This document shows positions 62,167 to 64,000 of a stretch of 64,000 bases of DNA, piece after piece. The position numbers and the translations under genes were made by a program. The notes under the pieces are model-generated. The model saw only the letters and a program-made list of their open reading frames with translations, made no database searches and was not told the origin of the DNA. Source of the stretch: Amphiscolops sp. MND2022 (taxonomy: Eukaryota); assembly GCA_964187785.1 (NCBI GenBank), contig OZ076409.1:19158001-19222000 (forward strand). Direction: 5' to 3'. Positions within the stretch are counted from its first letter, which is position 1. Each line of letters starts with the position of its first letter.

Positions 62167-64000
62167 CGCAGGGGACTATTTTAAATAGGAAAAAATTTTG
62201 ACATCATGCCACTTGAATATTATTTACCATTCAAATTAGGTTTGTACATGAAACGTGGGCTCGTTGCTATTTGTATTCGTTTTTAAAAGACACGTTTCAT
62301 TTTGTTGAATGCATTTTTGATTCAAGACCACTTATGCTAATGGATTGTTCCGAATTTTTTATGTACTTTTAGCCGGTGTGAGGTAATCTTCGCAATCTGT
62401 TTTGGGTATCTCTTCATGAATAATGCATTTAATTTCCGCCACTCTGATACGTTCGGATTTACTGCATTAACCTTTTTTTCTCATTTCAACCAACCACTGA
62501 TTGTGTCTTAGAAAAGACTTACTTTCATGCGGCTATGTATGAACGGCTTTTGGGCTGCCAAAAAATCGGTGCGTCACCAACTTTTTATTTCAACCTATGT
62601 GTCCTTTAGTTCAATATATTCATCAGAACCATAGCTCCGAAGGAGCTCTGCAGATTACGTATACAAATGAACTAAATGACGTCACTACACGTATGTTCGT
62701 GGATGGCTCTTTAACCGTAATGTCATTTCAAATTTATTGAAGCACAGCGCTGCTGCTGCCATTTTTTCTTTCATTCTTTTCGAAGATACAATGTTACGTT
62801 CTCAACCATATGCTCCCCGCGTTGTCATCGCTGAAAAATTTGTGGCGGTCGCTTTTTCTGGAGGTCGCTTGAAGTCGAATGTCGTAGAGACAGTCGTGGA
62901 GTTGCTATATTGTTTGAATTGATACTTTTTATAGCGATAGTGACTCTACGTTCGCTGCTACCAATATTCCATCCATTACAATATCGGCTTTGAACGATCG
63001 TGGTCTATCGGCATGACAAGTAGGAAAGAGTAATTGGTATTTTATAATTGCTGACTCCTAAGACATGAGAGTTCGTGCTTTTGCATAACATTCAATATTC
63101 ATTGCTCAGATATGTTGCTTGGGTATTGACCTTTTCAATTTCTCCCTTTATTACTTGGCTTTCATCCCTAGTGCAAGTGTTCATATGACTCAAAAGAGAG
63201 TTGTTGCTCTCTTATCTAAAACTTGACTCGCTTCTCTTTCTGGTTGATTGACCTTTTCTCTTCTCTTCTTCAGAGTTATGATATAGCAACAGTTACTTGA
63301 CACACTGAACCTAGTTCAGAAAAGCAAACAGCTGCTGGATTGAAGCGGAAGCTGCCATTCACTGTCAGACAGGTAGCTGAGTTTTCACTTTGAAAAGTCA
63401 ATTTGGAATCACCAATTTCAAAATCTCCAATTTGCTGCAAGGCTTTTGTTGTACATTTTTAGAAGTCGGAAAACATTTTCGACTGCTTATGCAATCGTGA
63501 CATTTTTGTTCCTACAACTGTTGAACAATACGGCTCAAGACAACTGAAAGTATTTCTGCAGATGAAATGATAACTCAATTTTGATTTTTCATGATAAATT
63601 GAAGGGATTTTTTCTTTTATGTTTTATATGTGGAAGTGTTTTGTCACCGCTAATCACCAAGTTAGCGGCCACGCAGTTTTTTTCAGCGATTTTAGCGATT
63701 CAAATTAGCGGGCAACCAATATATTGACCAAATTCGAAATTTCCTCAGAAAATACACGGAGTTTCGAATTCCAATTGTTACACATGTAAAACTCACATTG
63801 CTTGAGAAATTCTATTCCTTTTCCGCGAAAAGCAAATTTGAAACTAGCGATTAGCAAAAAAATCAGCGATGTCAAAACTCTGATGTAGAACCTTTTATTA
63901 CTTTGTTTTAAAATGAAGTAGAAATGTGGAGTGCCAATGAAGCGTTCAAAGATTGACTGGCGGCTAAATTGGTCGATTAGGTTTGTGAAAACTCTGATAG

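Overview
AT-rich, repeat-dense animal (eukaryotic) genomic DNA with GT-AG introns. The repeat landscape gives me the impression of an acoel-like marine invertebrate, but the sequence alone does not establish this. Three spliced host genes could be rebuilt by hand with consistent intron phases: a 6-exon, 618-aa triple-PDZ protein with an unrecognised N-terminus (9966-15784), a 5-exon, 368-aa ERK1/2-type MAP kinase (26940-30550) and a 2-exon, 560-aa CDKAL1 tRNA methylthiotransferase (47160-49999). Mobile DNA includes a very young, nearly intact BEL/Pao LTR retrotransposon (34206-40868, 5-bp TSD), a decayed Gypsy element, a LINE ORF1 fragment, two ~1.1-kb ORF-bearing solo-LTR-like units, a Merlin-type MITE, and many copies of a DINE-1/Helentron-like (HINE) non-autonomous family, some carrying tRNA-derived modules. 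There is a recent ~5.5/5.0-kb tandem duplication (51621-62166) with a templated junction, and an older ~1.7-kb one. No CRISPR array, rRNA or intact tRNA gene is supported. I cannot claim a new biological system. The best leads are the BEL/Pao element (~185-codon pol insert, extra 3' ORF and hairpin), the HINE-like family and its tandem arrays, the ORF-bearing LTRs and the templated junctions.
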